A stretch of DNA of 64,000 nt from an uncultured Gemmatimonadales bacterium. GTDB lineage: Bacteria > Gemmatimonadota > Gemmatimonadetes > Gemmatimonadales > GWC2-71-9. The position numbers were made by a program, and so were the translations under genes. The DNA is taken from NCBI GenBank assembly GCA_963844035.1, contig CAWJMT010000035.1:64001-128000 (forward strand). The letters are read 5' to 3'. Each line of letters begins with the position of its first letter. Positions within the stretch are counted from its first letter, which is position 1. Positions 39,686-51,194 of the stretch are shown in pieces. Under the pieces are notes generated by a model that saw only the letters and a list, made by a program, of their open reading frames with translations, was not told the origin of the DNA and ran no database searches.

Positions 39686-40120
39686 CTACCCTCCGACCGT
39701 GAAATCGACCCGGCGGAGCACCGCGCCGCTGGCGTCCCGGATCTCCACGTGCCACGCGCCGGTGGCCTCTGCGGGCACCGTCTTCCGGCTCCACGTGCGC
39801 CACGGTGAGCCGCCGAGCGTCAGCTCGACGTCTCCTACCTGGGTGTCGCCGAAAAACCAGACGTGATGCACCGTGGTGCCGGCCGTCGCGCCGGAGATCC
39901 TGGTCCAGCAGACGACTTGTCCGACGGCGGCGGGAAACGCGGTCCCGGTGTCCTGTGCCACGCGGTCGACCACCGATCGCGCGATGACTGCCTCCATGAC
40001 AGTGAGACTCGGAGCCGCAGCGGGAGCGGCCTCGGGGGCAGCGGTCGAATCCTGGGCCGCGAGGGTCGCCGGACCGCCGAGGACCAATGCCAGGGTACAA
40101 GCGATGTGTTTCAGCGTCAT
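39686..40120 (-). CDS. DUF2914-like exported protein
   Basis: Signal peptide; VHHVW..WRTWSRK..GAWHVEI. Confidence 0.8.
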   Translation of the reverse strand: MTLKHIACTLALVLGGPATLAAQDSTAAPEAAPAAAPSLTVMEAVIARSVVDRVAQDTGTAFPAAVGQVVCWTRISGATAGTTVHHVWFFGDTQVGDVELTLGGSPWRTWSRKTVPAEATGAWHVEIRDASGAVLRRVDFTVGG

Positions 40121-40396
40121 AGGTCACCTCTCGTGGGATCCTGGTGATTTACTACACGACGGCGCCGCATTTCGAGCCAGAAACCGACCAGCCCCACGAT
40201 CAGCGCACCGAATGCCGTTCCGAGGGTCTGTGCCAGCAGCTGGTATTCGAGCTGGCGCCCGTGACACTTCGACGAGAACAAGGGACCGACCATCGCGCTG
40301 CAGGACCCCTGGAACCTGTTCGAAGCCGTAGCGCGCCGCGAGGCCGCACACGAGCGGCAGCGCGGCGATGAGGAGATGGCGGACGAGAATCTTCAC
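40117..40396 (-). CDS. Small two-TM hypothetical protein (frameshift near 40308)
   Basis: VKILVRHLLIAALPLVCG..SCSAMVGPLFSSKCHG..AFGALIVGLVGFW; 4-nt overlaps with both neighbours once corrected. Confidence 0.55.
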
Positions 40397-40797
40397 GACG
40401 TGTGCATCGCGTACAGGAACACGAAATTGTAAATCCCGGTGAGCAGGGCCAGGCACCATACCAACACTACATAGGGACCCGCGTGCCGGTGCAACGGACG
40501 CAGCCGCGCGACGGCGCGGCTTACCACCTGCCAGGCCATCCCGGCGAACGCGGCGATCGCGAACGTCAGGTGGATCTTGAAGAATGGCAGGTCGCTGAGG
40601 GCGCCACGCCGGGGCCCCGGGGCCATCAAGAACATGAACGCGGTGAAGACGGCGAGCTCGACCGCCACGCTCGCGAGCATGAGCCCGGCGTGCAGGGACA
40701 GCTGGCCGCGCCGGACGCGGGTCGCCGCAACCACCAGAATCGGCGGGCCGATGATCGCCCACACCAGCCCGGCGACCGCCTGCGGAGGGGCGTTCAT
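40393..40797 (-). CDS. DUF420-like four-TM protein
   Basis: LHAGLM, KIH, LHRHAG..W..ALLTG pattern. Confidence 0.6.
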   Translation of the reverse strand: MNAPPQAVAGLVWAIIGPPILVVAATRVRRGQLSLHAGLMLASVAVELAVFTAFMFLMAPGPRRGALSDLPFFKIHLTFAIAAFAGMAWQVVSRAVARLRPLHRHAGPYVVLVWCLALLTGIYNFVFLYAMHTS

Positions 40798-41937
40798 CGA
40801 CCGTGCACGCCCTCGGCGAGGGGCTCTGCCTCGGATGGCGTCGACGGCGCGCGCCACCGCTCCACCAGCAGCACGAGCACGAGCGCGAGCCCACCCCAGG
40901 CGAACATCGAATGTGCGCGGAGGATCCCCCGCAGCGTCGCGGACCCGTTTGTGAGCAAGCCGGACGTGGCGATTCCGGCGGCGAGAAGCGTGATGCGCGT
41001 GCTCCGCGTCCAGAGCGCGGGCGCGCGCGACAGCGCGGCGACCCAGGCCGGGAACGCGAGCATGTAGTAGTGATCCCACCCAATCGGCGACACCAGGACG
41101 GCGAGGAGAATCACGATGCCGACATCCCCCACCACGTCGTCGGGAGAGGTTGAGCGCCGCAGCGCAACGGCCGCCAGCACCAGCAGCAGCAGGTCGATCG
41201 CGATCGCGATTTCGTTCGGCACGCCCGCGCGGCCGAGCAATGCGGGGAGCGACTGGTTGCGGGGATGCAGGACCCAGCCGCCGGTGCTGGAATTCGCCAG
41301 CCACACCTGGGCGCTCGTCAGCGCGCCGGACACCCCGGACAGGAGCAGGGCGCATACACTGAGGCCGAGCGCGACGCCCACGCCGGTCGCGGCGGCGCGC
41401 CAGCGGCGCTGGTACACGACGTACAGCAGCAACAATGCTGGAAACGCCTTGAGCGCGGTGGCGAGCCCGAGCCACACGCCCGCGCGGGCGTCGCGGCCCC
41501 GGGCGAGATCGAACCCCGCCGCCACGACCAGGGCCAAGCAGCACCGCGTTGATGTTCAGATAGTCGAAGTTGATCTGGATCGGGACGGCCACCGCGGTGA
41601 TCGCCAGGGCGAGGTAGGGTCGTCCTTCGCGTCCGAAACGGGCGATGCTCCACGTGAGGCACGCGACGCCTACGCCTGCGAATACGCCCTTCGCCAACGC
41701 CATGCTGATGTTCGCGAGCAGGGCGAACGGCGTCAGGGCCAGAATGGCGAAGGGCGGCCACCACACTCCGATGCTGGGAGCCGCCGTGTACACGGGTTGG
41801 CCGGCGAGCAGTCCCTGCGCCACCTTGATGTGAATCTCGAGATCGAGGCCCTTGTGGATCCCGACCGGGATCGCGATCGCGGCGTAGAGGATGCTCACCG
41901 CGGCGAGCAGCCACCCCCGCGCCGTCAGGCGCGCCAC
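40794..41937 (-). CDS. Glycosyltransferase family 87 (GT-C) membrane protein (frameshift near 41538)
   Basis: VY..WPP, NINA, ALKAFPA, NQSL, SPIGWDHY. Confidence 0.8.
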
Positions 41938-42293
41938 GCGCCGACGGCGAGCAGGAGCCACCCGGCAAGGAAGCAGAGCCCCCCGAAGGGCGTGACGGCG
42001 CCGAGCCCGCGGACGCCGGTGAGCGCGAGCAGATACAGGCTTCCCGAGAACAGGATCGTCCCGGCGACGAACAGCCATCCCGCCGTGCGGAGCGGGGCAG
42101 TATCCCACCGGGTCGTCGCCCAGGCGACCGCGATGAGCGCGAGCGCGTGATACATCTGGTACCGCGCGGCCGTTTCGAACACGGCCAGCAGGTCGGGCCC
42201 GAGGCGGGCCCGGAGCGCATGGGCGCCGAACGCCCCCGCCGCCACGGCGACGAACGCCGATACGGTCCCGCAGAGAAAAAACACGCGATCCAT
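41925..42293 (-). CDS. DUF423 (YgdD-like) membrane protein
   Basis: GAFGAHAL, TAARYQMYHAL, GTILFSGSLY, TPFGG. Confidence 0.92.
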   Translation of the reverse strand: MDRVFFLCGTVSAFVAVAAGAFGAHALRARLGPDLLAVFETAARYQMYHALALIAVAWATTRWDTAPLRTAGWLFVAGTILFSGSLYLLALTGVRGLGAVTPFGGLCFLAGWLLLAVGAWRA

Positions 42294-42688
42294 CAGTCGA
42301 TCCGTCGTCCGGTGGTTTCGATGCGGTTGATGTGCTCGATGCGCCCGGAGCTGCCCACGAAGGCGGACGCGAACCAGCTCGTGAGGCCCACGACGATCGA
42401 ACCCAGGATCGCCGCCCAGAGACCGCTGAGTGTGAAACCCGGCATGAGCCACGCGACGAGGGCGAGCGAGATCCCGTTCACCACGAAGATGAACAACCCC
42501 AGGGTGAGGAGCGTCAGCGGCAGGGTCAGGATGAGGATGACCGGCCGGATGATCGCGTTCACGAGCCCGAGCAGGAGCGCGGCCACGATCAGGCTGCCGA
42601 TGCCGGCGATGGCCATCCCCGGCACGATGGTGGCGGCGGCCCACAGGCCGAGCGCGGTGATCACGAGGCGGAACAGCAGGCCCTTCAT
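42293..42688 (-). CDS. Phage holin superfamily IV / YvlD-like membrane protein
   Basis: AALLLGLVNAIIRP..LTLPLTLLTLGLF..VVN. Confidence 0.88.
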   Translation of the reverse strand: MKGLLFRLVITALGLWAAATIVPGMAIAGIGSLIVAALLLGLVNAIIRPVILILTLPLTLLTLGLFIFVVNGISLALVAWLMPGFTLSGLWAAILGSIVVGLTSWFASAFVGSSGRIEHINRIETTGRRID

Positions 42689-43170
42689 CGGTCCCCCCAG
42701 GCGGCCAGATTGCGCTCGATCTGTCCCGCGTGCTTCTCGAGGTGCGCGGCGTAGATCGCGAGCCAGTCTTCGGCGGCGTAGGTGCCCGATTCGGTGTGCT
42801 GGCCCTTGCGCCGCCAATCCTGCTCGGACATCCGTTTCAAGATCGGCACCGTGTTGGCGCGCACCGCCTCGACCGTCGCCAGCGCCGGCTCGAGCGGGAG
42901 AGCATGGTAGTCCAGCGTTTGGGCCCAGCGATCCTGGTCGTACCCCTGGATCACGGGCTTCGGCTCGGCGAGCAAATAGCGCAAACGCGCATGTGCGTTC
43001 GTTTCCGAGTCGGCGCAATGCACCACGATTTCATGCGCCGACCACCTGTTCGGATCGGGGCGCCAGGTGAGCGCGTCGCGCGGGACCTTGGCCAGGGCTG
43101 CCTTGAGCAGTGCCGGGCCCCGTGCATACCGCTCGATCAGCGCCGCTCGCTCCTGGGGAGAAAACGGCAT
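42685..43170 (-). CDS. DinB-family protein
   Basis: WSAHEIVVHCADSE, YDQDRW, HLEKH. Confidence 0.85.
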   Translation of the reverse strand: MPFSPQERAALIERYARGPALLKAALAKVPRDALTWRPDPNRWSAHEIVVHCADSETNAHARLRYLLAEPKPVIQGYDQDRWAQTLDYHALPLEPALATVEAVRANTVPILKRMSEQDWRRKGQHTESGTYAAEDWLAIYAAHLEKHAGQIERNLAAWGDR

Positions 43171-43198
43171 CCGGACCTCCGCGATTCGGGCCCGAAAC

Positions 43199-43660
43199 TT
43201 ACTGCGGTGCGGTGCGCCTGGCCACGAACCGGGCCGTCAGGCCGGGCTTCACCTGGATCCCGAGTCGGGAGTCGAACAGCAGGGCGCCATGCAGCGAGTC
43301 GCCGTTGAGCGACAGGCCGATACCCCCGAACGGCCCCAGATCGGCCGGCCAGCCATACACGAACGCTTGGGATTCGCGGCCGATCCATGTCACCGTGAAC
43401 GGTCCGGCGCGCGGCGATGCGAACACGATGGCGCCGGCGAACCGGCACGCCGAGCCGGTCTCGACTCGTCCGGTATCGAGGATCAGCTCGGTGAGCGTGA
43501 AACGGTCACCCAATTCGGGGAGCGTGAGCGTGTCGCCGTGCGCCACGCGCCAGCGCCCGACGTAGGGAACCGACGCGCGGCTCGCGCCCCGCATCTGCCG
43601 CGACGCGCAGGGACGCGGTGGGCTGCACGCGGCCACCGCCGCGACCACCAGTCCGAGCAT
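43199..43660 (-). CDS. Hypothetical lipoprotein
   Basis: Lipobox VAAC; beta-rich; operonic position. Confidence 0.6.
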   Translation of the reverse strand: MLGLVVAAVAACSPPRPCASRQMRGASRASVPYVGRWRVAHGDTLTLPELGDRFTLTELILDTGRVETGSACRFAGAIVFASPRAGPFTVTWIGRESQAFVYGWPADLGPFGGIGLSLNGDSLHGALLFDSRLGIQVKPGLTARFVARRTAPQ

Positions 43661-43667
43661 CGCGAGG

Positions 43668-43919
43668 TTACGGATCGACGTTCTCCGAAGTGCGGATCCC
43701 GCCGCTCGTCGCGTCCGCCGCTCGCATCGCCCCGCCGACGCCGCGCGCGCCGGGGATAGTGGACGTGGACAGCATGCTGTCCCGCTGATATTCCGTCAGC
43801 TCGGCGCTGCCCGCACCGGCTGAGTGGTCTGAGCTGGACCCCTTGTCCTGGCCGCCGCATGCCGCAAGCGCAAGCATCAGGAGCAGCGGTAGGTACTGCC
43901 GGTACGACGCCCTAATCAT
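43668..43919 (-). CDS. Small hypothetical lipoprotein
   Basis: MIRASYRQYLPLLLMLALAAC; GAGGGG upstream. Confidence 0.65.
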   Translation of the reverse strand: MIRASYRQYLPLLLMLALAACGGQDKGSSSDHSAGAGSAELTEYQRDSMLSTSTIPGARGVGGAMRAADATSGGIRTSENVDP

Positions 43920-43969
43920 CGTGCCCCCTCTCGTTGAAGCCGTCTCGGTGGACTCCCACGGTCCCGAAT

Positions 43970-44350
43970 CTAGCAATGATCCAGCGCGCGGTGGCGTGTC
44001 CGCCGCCACATGATGACGTAGACGGCGACGTTCACGAGCAGCGCCAGGGTGCCGAGCAAGCCTTGCGTCGGGGGCGTGAGGCCGACGGGGTACAGCCACG
44101 CGGTCAGGTGGTGCTCGACGAATCCCCCGGGATATCCGGCGAGCCCCGCGCGGGCGCGCAGCGCGTTTTCCAGCGGCGTCAGGGGACAGACCCATCCAGC
44201 GAACTCGATCGCCACACCCCACACGGCGGCGGGGACGTGCACCCAGGCCACCCGGCGCCACCGCCACGCCAGGAAGCCGCCGAACACGACGAACACCACG
44301 AACAGGGCGTGCACGATCAGCACCGCGGTCGCGAGGGTGTGGTACATCAT
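43970..44350 (-). CDS. DUF2784-family membrane protein
   Basis: HALFVVFVVFGG..HVPAAVWG..CPLTPLEN.LR..GY.GGFVEHHL..LYP. Confidence 0.88.
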   Translation of the reverse strand: MMYHTLATAVLIVHALFVVFVVFGGFLAWRWRRVAWVHVPAAVWGVAIEFAGWVCPLTPLENALRARAGLAGYPGGFVEHHLTAWLYPVGLTPPTQGLLGTLALLVNVAVYVIMWRRTRHRALDHC

Positions 44351-44381
44351 GCCCGTAGGATGCACACGCAGGGCCCCACAA

Positions 44382-44427
44382 GCGAACTCCCCCGCCGGGC
44401 CAAGGCCCGACGGGGGAGCGGATTCGC
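44382..44427. repeat. Intergenic GC-rich hairpin
   Basis: Nested stems GCGAA/TTCGC, CTCCCCCG/CGGGGGAG, CGGGCC/GGCCCG. Confidence 0.55.
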
Positions 44428-44441
44428 CGGTGTGAGCCGGG

Positions 44442-45551
44442 TTAGAAGCCGACGATACTCTGTGCCGGCTCGAGCATGGCCGTGACGTGCTCGGAAACAT
44501 CGGCCGCAGCGTTCAGCACGTGCCCCATCGCGATGAGCTCGGCGGCCGTCATCTGACCTCCGCCCGCTCGCGTGATGACCGGCTGATGGGTGCCTCCGGT
44601 GACCGAGCAGTACGTGCCGCCGTTCACCGTGACCGCCACATTGAACGTGGCGGAGTCGTCCGCGTGCAGGATCGACACGGAGCCTACCAGCCGCACCGTT
44701 TCACCCGGGCGCGTGAACGCGAAGTTCACCGTGAGCGTGAGCGCGGTCGGGTTGTCGGTGACGGTGACCGTCTCCTGTACCGTGACGGCCGGGTTGTTGA
44801 GCGTCACGTTCACCGTGAGCGTGATCGACGAGGGCGTACCCGAGACCGCGATGCTGAAGGTCAGCGTCTTGTTTGCGTTCCCGGCGAGTCCGTTGGTCAC
44901 CATCCCGACCACCGAGGCGGTGAAGCTCGAGCTGTTGCCGGAGCCGCTGAAGGTGTAGTCGAGGAACGTGGCCGTCCCGGCGTTGTTCTTGACGACGATG
45001 TGCAGCGTGGTCGTCCCGCCGCTGCTCTCATCCGTGAAGTCCGCGTAGCCGAGCTGCACCAGCGGGAGCGAGGGCGATTCGGCCCCGGACGCGGTCGCGT
45101 ACAACAGGAAGCGGACACCGTTGGCCGGGCCGCCGGTCGGCGAGCTGCGCGTGTAGTGCCCCGAGTCGGTGTTCCAGGCGTACACGGAGCCGAGCAGCGA
45201 GTCGGGGAAGATCCCCCCCGCGCTCATGGTCGCGAAGTTGGGCACTGCTTGCTGGAGCGCGCGGGTCTGGCGCGCCAGCGCGACGTAGCGATCCTGCCCC
45301 GCGGGAATGGCGAGCGACCGAATGGCGCCGGCGGCGAATCTCGCCGTGGCCGGCACCTGGATCTGGCCGCCCAACGCTTGGAAGCTTGCGACCGCCGGAG
45401 CGGCGAGCGCGCTGTCGAGCGCCGCGGCCTGAGCGCCGGTGGTGGCGGGATCGTTGAGGGTCCCGACGGGACCGGTGGAGTCTTTGCACCCAGCCAGGAC
45501 GAGCGCCAGCCCGAGCGCCGAGCACAGTACGGCTCTGAAATGCAACGGCAT
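44442..45551 (-). CDS. Hypothetical Thr/Ser/Val-rich beta-strand lipoprotein
   Basis: Lipobox LAGC; GGAGG upstream; amphipathic strands. Confidence 0.75.
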   Translation of the reverse strand: MPLHFRAVLCSALGLALVLAGCKDSTGPVGTLNDPATTGAQAAALDSALAAPAVASFQALGGQIQVPATARFAAGAIRSLAIPAGQDRYVALARQTRALQQAVPNFATMSAGGIFPDSLLGSVYAWNTDSGHYTRSSPTGGPANGVRFLLYATASGAESPSLPLVQLGYADFTDESSGGTTTLHIVVKNNAGTATFLDYTFSGSGNSSSFTASVVGMVTNGLAGNANKTLTFSIAVSGTPSSITLTVNVTLNNPAVTVQETVTVTDNPTALTLTVNFAFTRPGETVRLVGSVSILHADDSATFNVAVTVNGGTYCSVTGGTHQPVITRAGGGQMTAAELIAMGHVLNAAADVSEHVTAMLEPAQSIVGF

Positions 45552-45675
45552 TATTGCCTCCGGAGAGAGTACGGCTAGGGCGCGTCAGTACTGATTGGTT
45601 CGCGGGCGCAATCTCAGTCTCATGTGGGCCAAGCGGCGGTGATCCTCGACACGTGCCACCCGGTCGGACCGAGTC

Positions 45676-46734
45676 TTAGCCGATCACCCCGCCGCCCAGG
45701 AGGCGGCCGTCTGTGTCGTACAGCACACCGGACTGCCCGGGCGTGATCGCGCGCACCGGCTCGAGTAATTGGAGCCGCAGCGCGGACGGTTCGTGGGCAC
45801 GAACCATGCCCGGGACGGGCTTCGCGCGATAGCGGCACTGCACCAGTACTTCGTCGCCTGCACGGAGGGGCTCGGCGAGCCAGTTGACCTCCTCGAGAGA
45901 CACTTCGTGTCCGAACAGTTCATCGCCCCGGCCGATCACCACTTCGCGGGTGACCGGGCGGATGTCGACGACGTACATGGGCTCGGGGAATCCCCCAGGG
46001 AGGCCGCGCCGCTGACCGATCGTGTAACGCGCGAATCCGTCATGACTGCCGATCACTTCACCGGCGACGGTCACGAGCGGTCCCGGCGAAAGGGCGGCGG
46101 CGTCGGAGGGGAGGTGACGCTCGAGCACGGTGACGTAGTCGTCGTTCGGGACGAAACAGATCTCGACCGACTCGGGCTTGTCGGCGGTGGCGAGCCCGAG
46201 CCGGCGCGCCATGTCGCGCGTCTCGCGCTTGGTGAGCGCGCCCACGGGTGTGAGCATGCGGGCGACCACCGCGCGGTCGATGCCCCACAAGAAATACGTC
46301 TGGTCCTTGGCGAGGTCGCGCGCGCGATACAGCGCCCCGTCCCGCGCATTCGCATAGTGTCCGGTGGCGAGGTACGCGCAATCGAGCGCATCGGCGTGGT
46401 GCAGGAAGTCACGGAACTTCGTGAACGAATTGCAGCGCACGCACGGGATCGGCGTCCGGCCGCGGGCATACTCGGCGACGAAATTCTCGATGACGTCGTG
46501 CCCGAAGCGGTCCTCGAGATTGATGACGTAGTGCGGGATGCCGAGTTTGTGCGCGACGAGACGCGCGTCGGCAATGGAGTCGAGCGAGCAGCAGGGCCGG
46601 TCGGGGACGTCGTCGCCGTAGCAGAACAGCTTCATGGTGGCGCCGACGACGTCATAGCCGGCCTCAACCAAAAGAGCAGCGGCCACGGAGGAATCCACCC
46701 CGCCCGACATGGCGACCAGCACGCGCTGCCTCAT
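45676..46734 (-). CDS. mnmA: tRNA 2-thiouridine(34) synthase
   Basis: [41 protein letters not shown]. Confidence 0.97.
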   Translation of the reverse strand: MRQRVLVAMSGGVDSSVAAALLVEAGYDVVGATMKLFCYGDDVPDRPCCSLDSIADARLVAHKLGIPHYVINLEDRFGHDVIENFVAEYARGRTPIPCVRCNSFTKFRDFLHHADALDCAYLATGHYANARDGALYRARDLAKDQTYFLWGIDRAVVARMLTPVGALTKRETRDMARRLGLATADKPESVEICFVPNDDYVTVLERHLPSDAAALSPGPLVTVAGEVIGSHDGFARYTIGQRRGLPGGFPEPMYVVDIRPVTREVVIGRGDELFGHEVSLEEVNWLAEPLRAGDEVLVQCRYRAKPVPGMVRAHEPSALRLQLLEPVRAITPGQSGVLYDTDGRLLGGGVIG

Positions 46735-47906
46735 CGATGCAGTACGGCCGCCAGGGCCCGGACCTTCTCGACGATCGTCGGCATGGCGGCGACCACCGCG
46801 TCGACATCCTCCGGCGTGTTGTCCCGCCCGAACGAGAAACGCAGGGCGGCGACGCCGAGGTCGTGCGGGACGCCCATCGCGCTGAGCACGTGCGAGGGCT
46901 CCACCGCACCCGTACTGCAAGCGGAGCCGGCGGAGCACGCGATGCCGGCGAGGTCCAGGTGCATCAGCATCGCCTCGCTGTCGGTTCCCGGGATCGAGAC
47001 ATTCGCGATGTGCGGGGCGCGTTCGGCCCGCGACCCATGGATCACGGCGTCGGGGACGATCGCGAGGAGTTGCCGCTCCAGTGTGTCGCGCAGCGGCGCG
47101 AGCCGGCCCGCCAGCTCCTGTTGCTCTGCGACGGCAAGCGTCACCGCCTTCCCGAACCCTACGATCCCAGGCACGTTCTCCGTCCCCGGCCGCAGCCCGA
47201 ACTGCTGTCCGCCGCCGTGCACGATCGCCTCGACCGTGCGCCGGTCGCGCACCAACAGAGCGCCGACGCCCTTGGGGGCGCCAATCTTGTGACCCGAGAT
47301 GCTCAGCATGGTGCAGCCTGAGTCCCGGAACGACACCGGCACCTTGCCGAGCGCCTGCACGGCGTCGCTGTGGAACGCGACGCCGGCTGCGGCGCAGCGG
47401 GCGGCCAGGAGCGCGATCGGCTGCACCACCCCGACTTCGTTGTTGACCCACATGACGCTCACGACGCCGACACCCAGCGCGAGCGCGGCATCGAGCGCCT
47501 GCGGCTCCACCATCCCGGCGGCGGTGACGGGGACCAGAAAATCCTGGCCTCCGAGGTGGGTGACGAAGTGCGCGGCGGCGATCGCGGCTTTGTGCTCGAT
47601 AGCCGACACGGCGACCCGAAACGGTCCGCCGCGGTCGCGCGACGCCAACGCCGCGCCGACCACCGCCAGGTTGTCGGCCTCGGTGCCGCCCGATGTGAAA
47701 ATCACCTGGTTCGGCTCGGCGCCCACTGCTGCGGCGATCGCGCGCTTGGCTTCCTCGACGCCCGCGCGTGCCGTGCGCCCAAAGCGGTGCGCGGACGAGG
47801 GGTTCCCGAAGGCTTCCTTGCCGAGGTACGGCAGCATGGCCTCGAGCACTTCGGGGCGGACCGCGGTGGTCGCGGCGTTGTCGAGATAGACCAGACGCTT
47901 GGGCAT
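46731..47906 (-). CDS. iscS: Cysteine desulfurase (IscS/NifS group I)
   Basis: [34 protein letters not shown]. Confidence 0.9.
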   Translation of the reverse strand: MPKRLVYLDNAATTAVRPEVLEAMLPYLGKEAFGNPSSAHRFGRTARAGVEEAKRAIAAAVGAEPNQVIFTSGGTEADNLAVVGAALASRDRGGPFRVAVSAIEHKAAIAAAHFVTHLGGQDFLVPVTAAGMVEPQALDAALALGVGVVSVMWVNNEVGVVQPIALLAARCAAAGVAFHSDAVQALGKVPVSFRDSGCTMLSISGHKIGAPKGVGALLVRDRRTVEAIVHGGGQQFGLRPGTENVPGIVGFGKAVTLAVAEQQELAGRLAPLRDTLERQLLAIVPDAVIHGSRAERAPHIANVSIPGTDSEAMLMHLDLAGIACSAGSACSTGAVEPSHVLSAMGVPHDLGVAALRFSFGRDNTPEDVDAVVAAMPTIVEKVRALAAVLHR

Positions 47907-47924
47907 CTGGCGGGAATCTAAGGA

Positions 47925-48693
47925 CTACAGCGAAGCCACGCCAAGCTGCAGCACATCCTGCACTTCCAACGTTTCATGAGCAGAAATACGGCTCGCCGTA
48001 CGGCTTCCGGATGAGCGAGCCGTAGTGCGCCGACTGAATGCGAATCAGCTCGTAGAGGTCACGCCCCGCGGGGAAGATCTCGCCCGCGGCCTGGACGCCC
48101 TCGAATTGCGAGGCGTAGCAGCGGATCGCCTCCAACTTGAGCTCGAAGGTGTCGGAGATGTCCACGACGAACGTGGGTTTGACGGGATCTTCGCGATAGG
48201 CGAGCGCGTGCAGCACCTTGAACGGCCGGTGCGGCTCGCCCGGCGCGTCGTACTTGACCAGGCCGGCCAGGTAGCATGCGTCCCGGCCGAGCTCCGCGGC
48301 GATACGGTGATCGGGGTGGCGTCCGATGGGGAAGGGGAGGATCACGACCCGTGGTCGCGTGATGCGAATCAGCTCCACCACGCGCCGCCGCGACGCCTCG
48401 TCGTTGGCGAGATAGGCGTCCCGCAGGCCGGCGTTCAGCCGTACCTGCACACCCAGTGTCTCCGCGGCGCGCCCGGCCTCCGCGGCGCGGGTCGCGGCGT
48501 CGCCGCGCGTCCCGGTTTCGCCCTGCGTGAGGTCCACGATGCCCACACGGCGACCGGCGCGCGCGGCCTTCGCCAGGGTGCCGCCACAGGTCAGCTCCAC
48601 GTCGTCGCGATGCGCGGCGATCGCGAGTAGATCTACCGGGGATGCCTCTCCGACCGCCTGACCGCCTGCCCGCCCGCCCGCCGCCTTACTCAT
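47925..48693 (-). CDS. bshB1: PIG-L/LmbE-family deacetylase, BshB1-like (probable indel near the 3' end)
   Basis: [35 protein letters not shown]; plausible tail HETLEVQDV.. in the shifted frame. Confidence 0.78.
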
Positions 48694-49927
48694 GTCGCAA
48701 TGCCTCAATCGGATCGAGCCGCGCCGCTCGCGCCGCCGGGGTGATCCCGAAGATGAGTCCGATGAGCACCGAGACGACGCACGCCACCAGCGTCGCCGAG
48801 ACCGGTACCGAGGTTTGCAGCTTCAGGGCGATTTGAATTGTCTGGGCCATCGTCACTCCCACCAGTACCCCGATCACGCCTCCCAGGAACGTGAGGAACG
48901 CGGCTTCCACGAGGAATTGCCACAGGATCGCCCGTCGCGTCGCCCCCATGGCCTTCCGCACGCCGATCTCGCGCGTGCGGCTCGTCACGGAGACCATCAT
49001 GATCGCCATGACGCCGATTCCGCCGACCAGCAGTGCCACGCTCGAGAGCACGATCATCACCAGGAAGAACATGGATGTCAGCTTGTTGAACGTGTCGAGG
49101 ATCTGATCCTGGGTGATGAGATCGAACGTGTTCGGGTCCCCGGCGCGCGCTCCCCGCAGCCGGCGCAGCTGCACGGCGACTTCGTCCATGGCGTGCGAGA
49201 CGGTCACGCCGTCCCTCGGTTTGACGACGATCCAGAGCGCATTGGTCTCGTCGTACTTGAAGAACCGCTGCGCCGCCAGGAATGGGATGATGGCGCCGAT
49301 TTCCTGGCTCGGGGGCTGGAAGATGTTCTCGGGATTCTGGTAGACGCCGATCACCCGGAACGGCCGGCCGCCCAAACGCACGAAGCGACCCAGCGGTTGC
49401 AGGCGTCCGAACAGCTTGTCGGCGAACCGCTCCTCGAGCACCACCACGGCATCACCCGTGCGGACTTCCGACGCAGTAAAGAACCGGCCGTTCAGGAGCG
49501 TCCCGCCCTGGATCTCCATGTATTGATCGTCCGCTCCGAACACCGTGACGATCTGGGTGTGCGCGCCCTCGAACTCGATCCGCTGAAACAGCTGCACCCA
49601 GATGCCGCCGTAGCGGACATCGGGGAGCCGGGCGATCGCCGCCGCCTCCTCCGCATTCAGGACCGGGCGCACCCGGACCTCTTTCGGCAACGCGTCAGGA
49701 TTGAGCGGCGTGGTCGAAAAGAAGCGCATGACATAGAACGTCGTGGGGCCCGCGACCTCGATGGAGGTCATGATCTGGTCGCGAATCCCCTGCACGATGG
49801 ACGCCATCGCCATCACGGTCGCGACGCCGATCACGACGCCCAGGATGGTGAGCCCGGAGCGGAGCTTGTTGGCGCGCAGCTGGTCGAGCGCGATGAACCA
49901 GGCTTCCACGACGGAATGCACCCTCAT
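48686..49927 (-). CDS. MacB/FtsX-family ABC permease
   Basis: NKLRSGLTILGVVIGV, VGGIGVMAIMMVSVTSRTREIGVRKAMGA, PAARAARLDPIEALR. Confidence 0.93.
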   Translation of the reverse strand: MRVHSVVEAWFIALDQLRANKLRSGLTILGVVIGVATVMAMASIVQGIRDQIMTSIEVAGPTTFYVMRFFSTTPLNPDALPKEVRVRPVLNAEEAAAIARLPDVRYGGIWVQLFQRIEFEGAHTQIVTVFGADDQYMEIQGGTLLNGRFFTASEVRTGDAVVVLEERFADKLFGRLQPLGRFVRLGGRPFRVIGVYQNPENIFQPPSQEIGAIIPFLAAQRFFKYDETNALWIVVKPRDGVTVSHAMDEVAVQLRRLRGARAGDPNTFDLITQDQILDTFNKLTSMFFLVMIVLSSVALLVGGIGVMAIMMVSVTSRTREIGVRKAMGATRRAILWQFLVEAAFLTFLGGVIGVLVGVTMAQTIQIALKLQTSVPVSATLVACVVSVLIGLIFGITPAARAARLDPIEALRHE

Positions 49928-49940
49928 GCCTCACGTCCCA

Positions 49941-51185
<1,245 letters not shown>

Positions 51186-51194
51186 GGAGCGGGG

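Noticed and set aside
37024..45600. Genomic island or prophage integrated at tRNA-Asn (holin-family gene present)
   Set aside because: No integrase, no duplicated tRNA 3' end seen, no phage genes, similar GC; YvlD-like proteins are common chromosomal genes.
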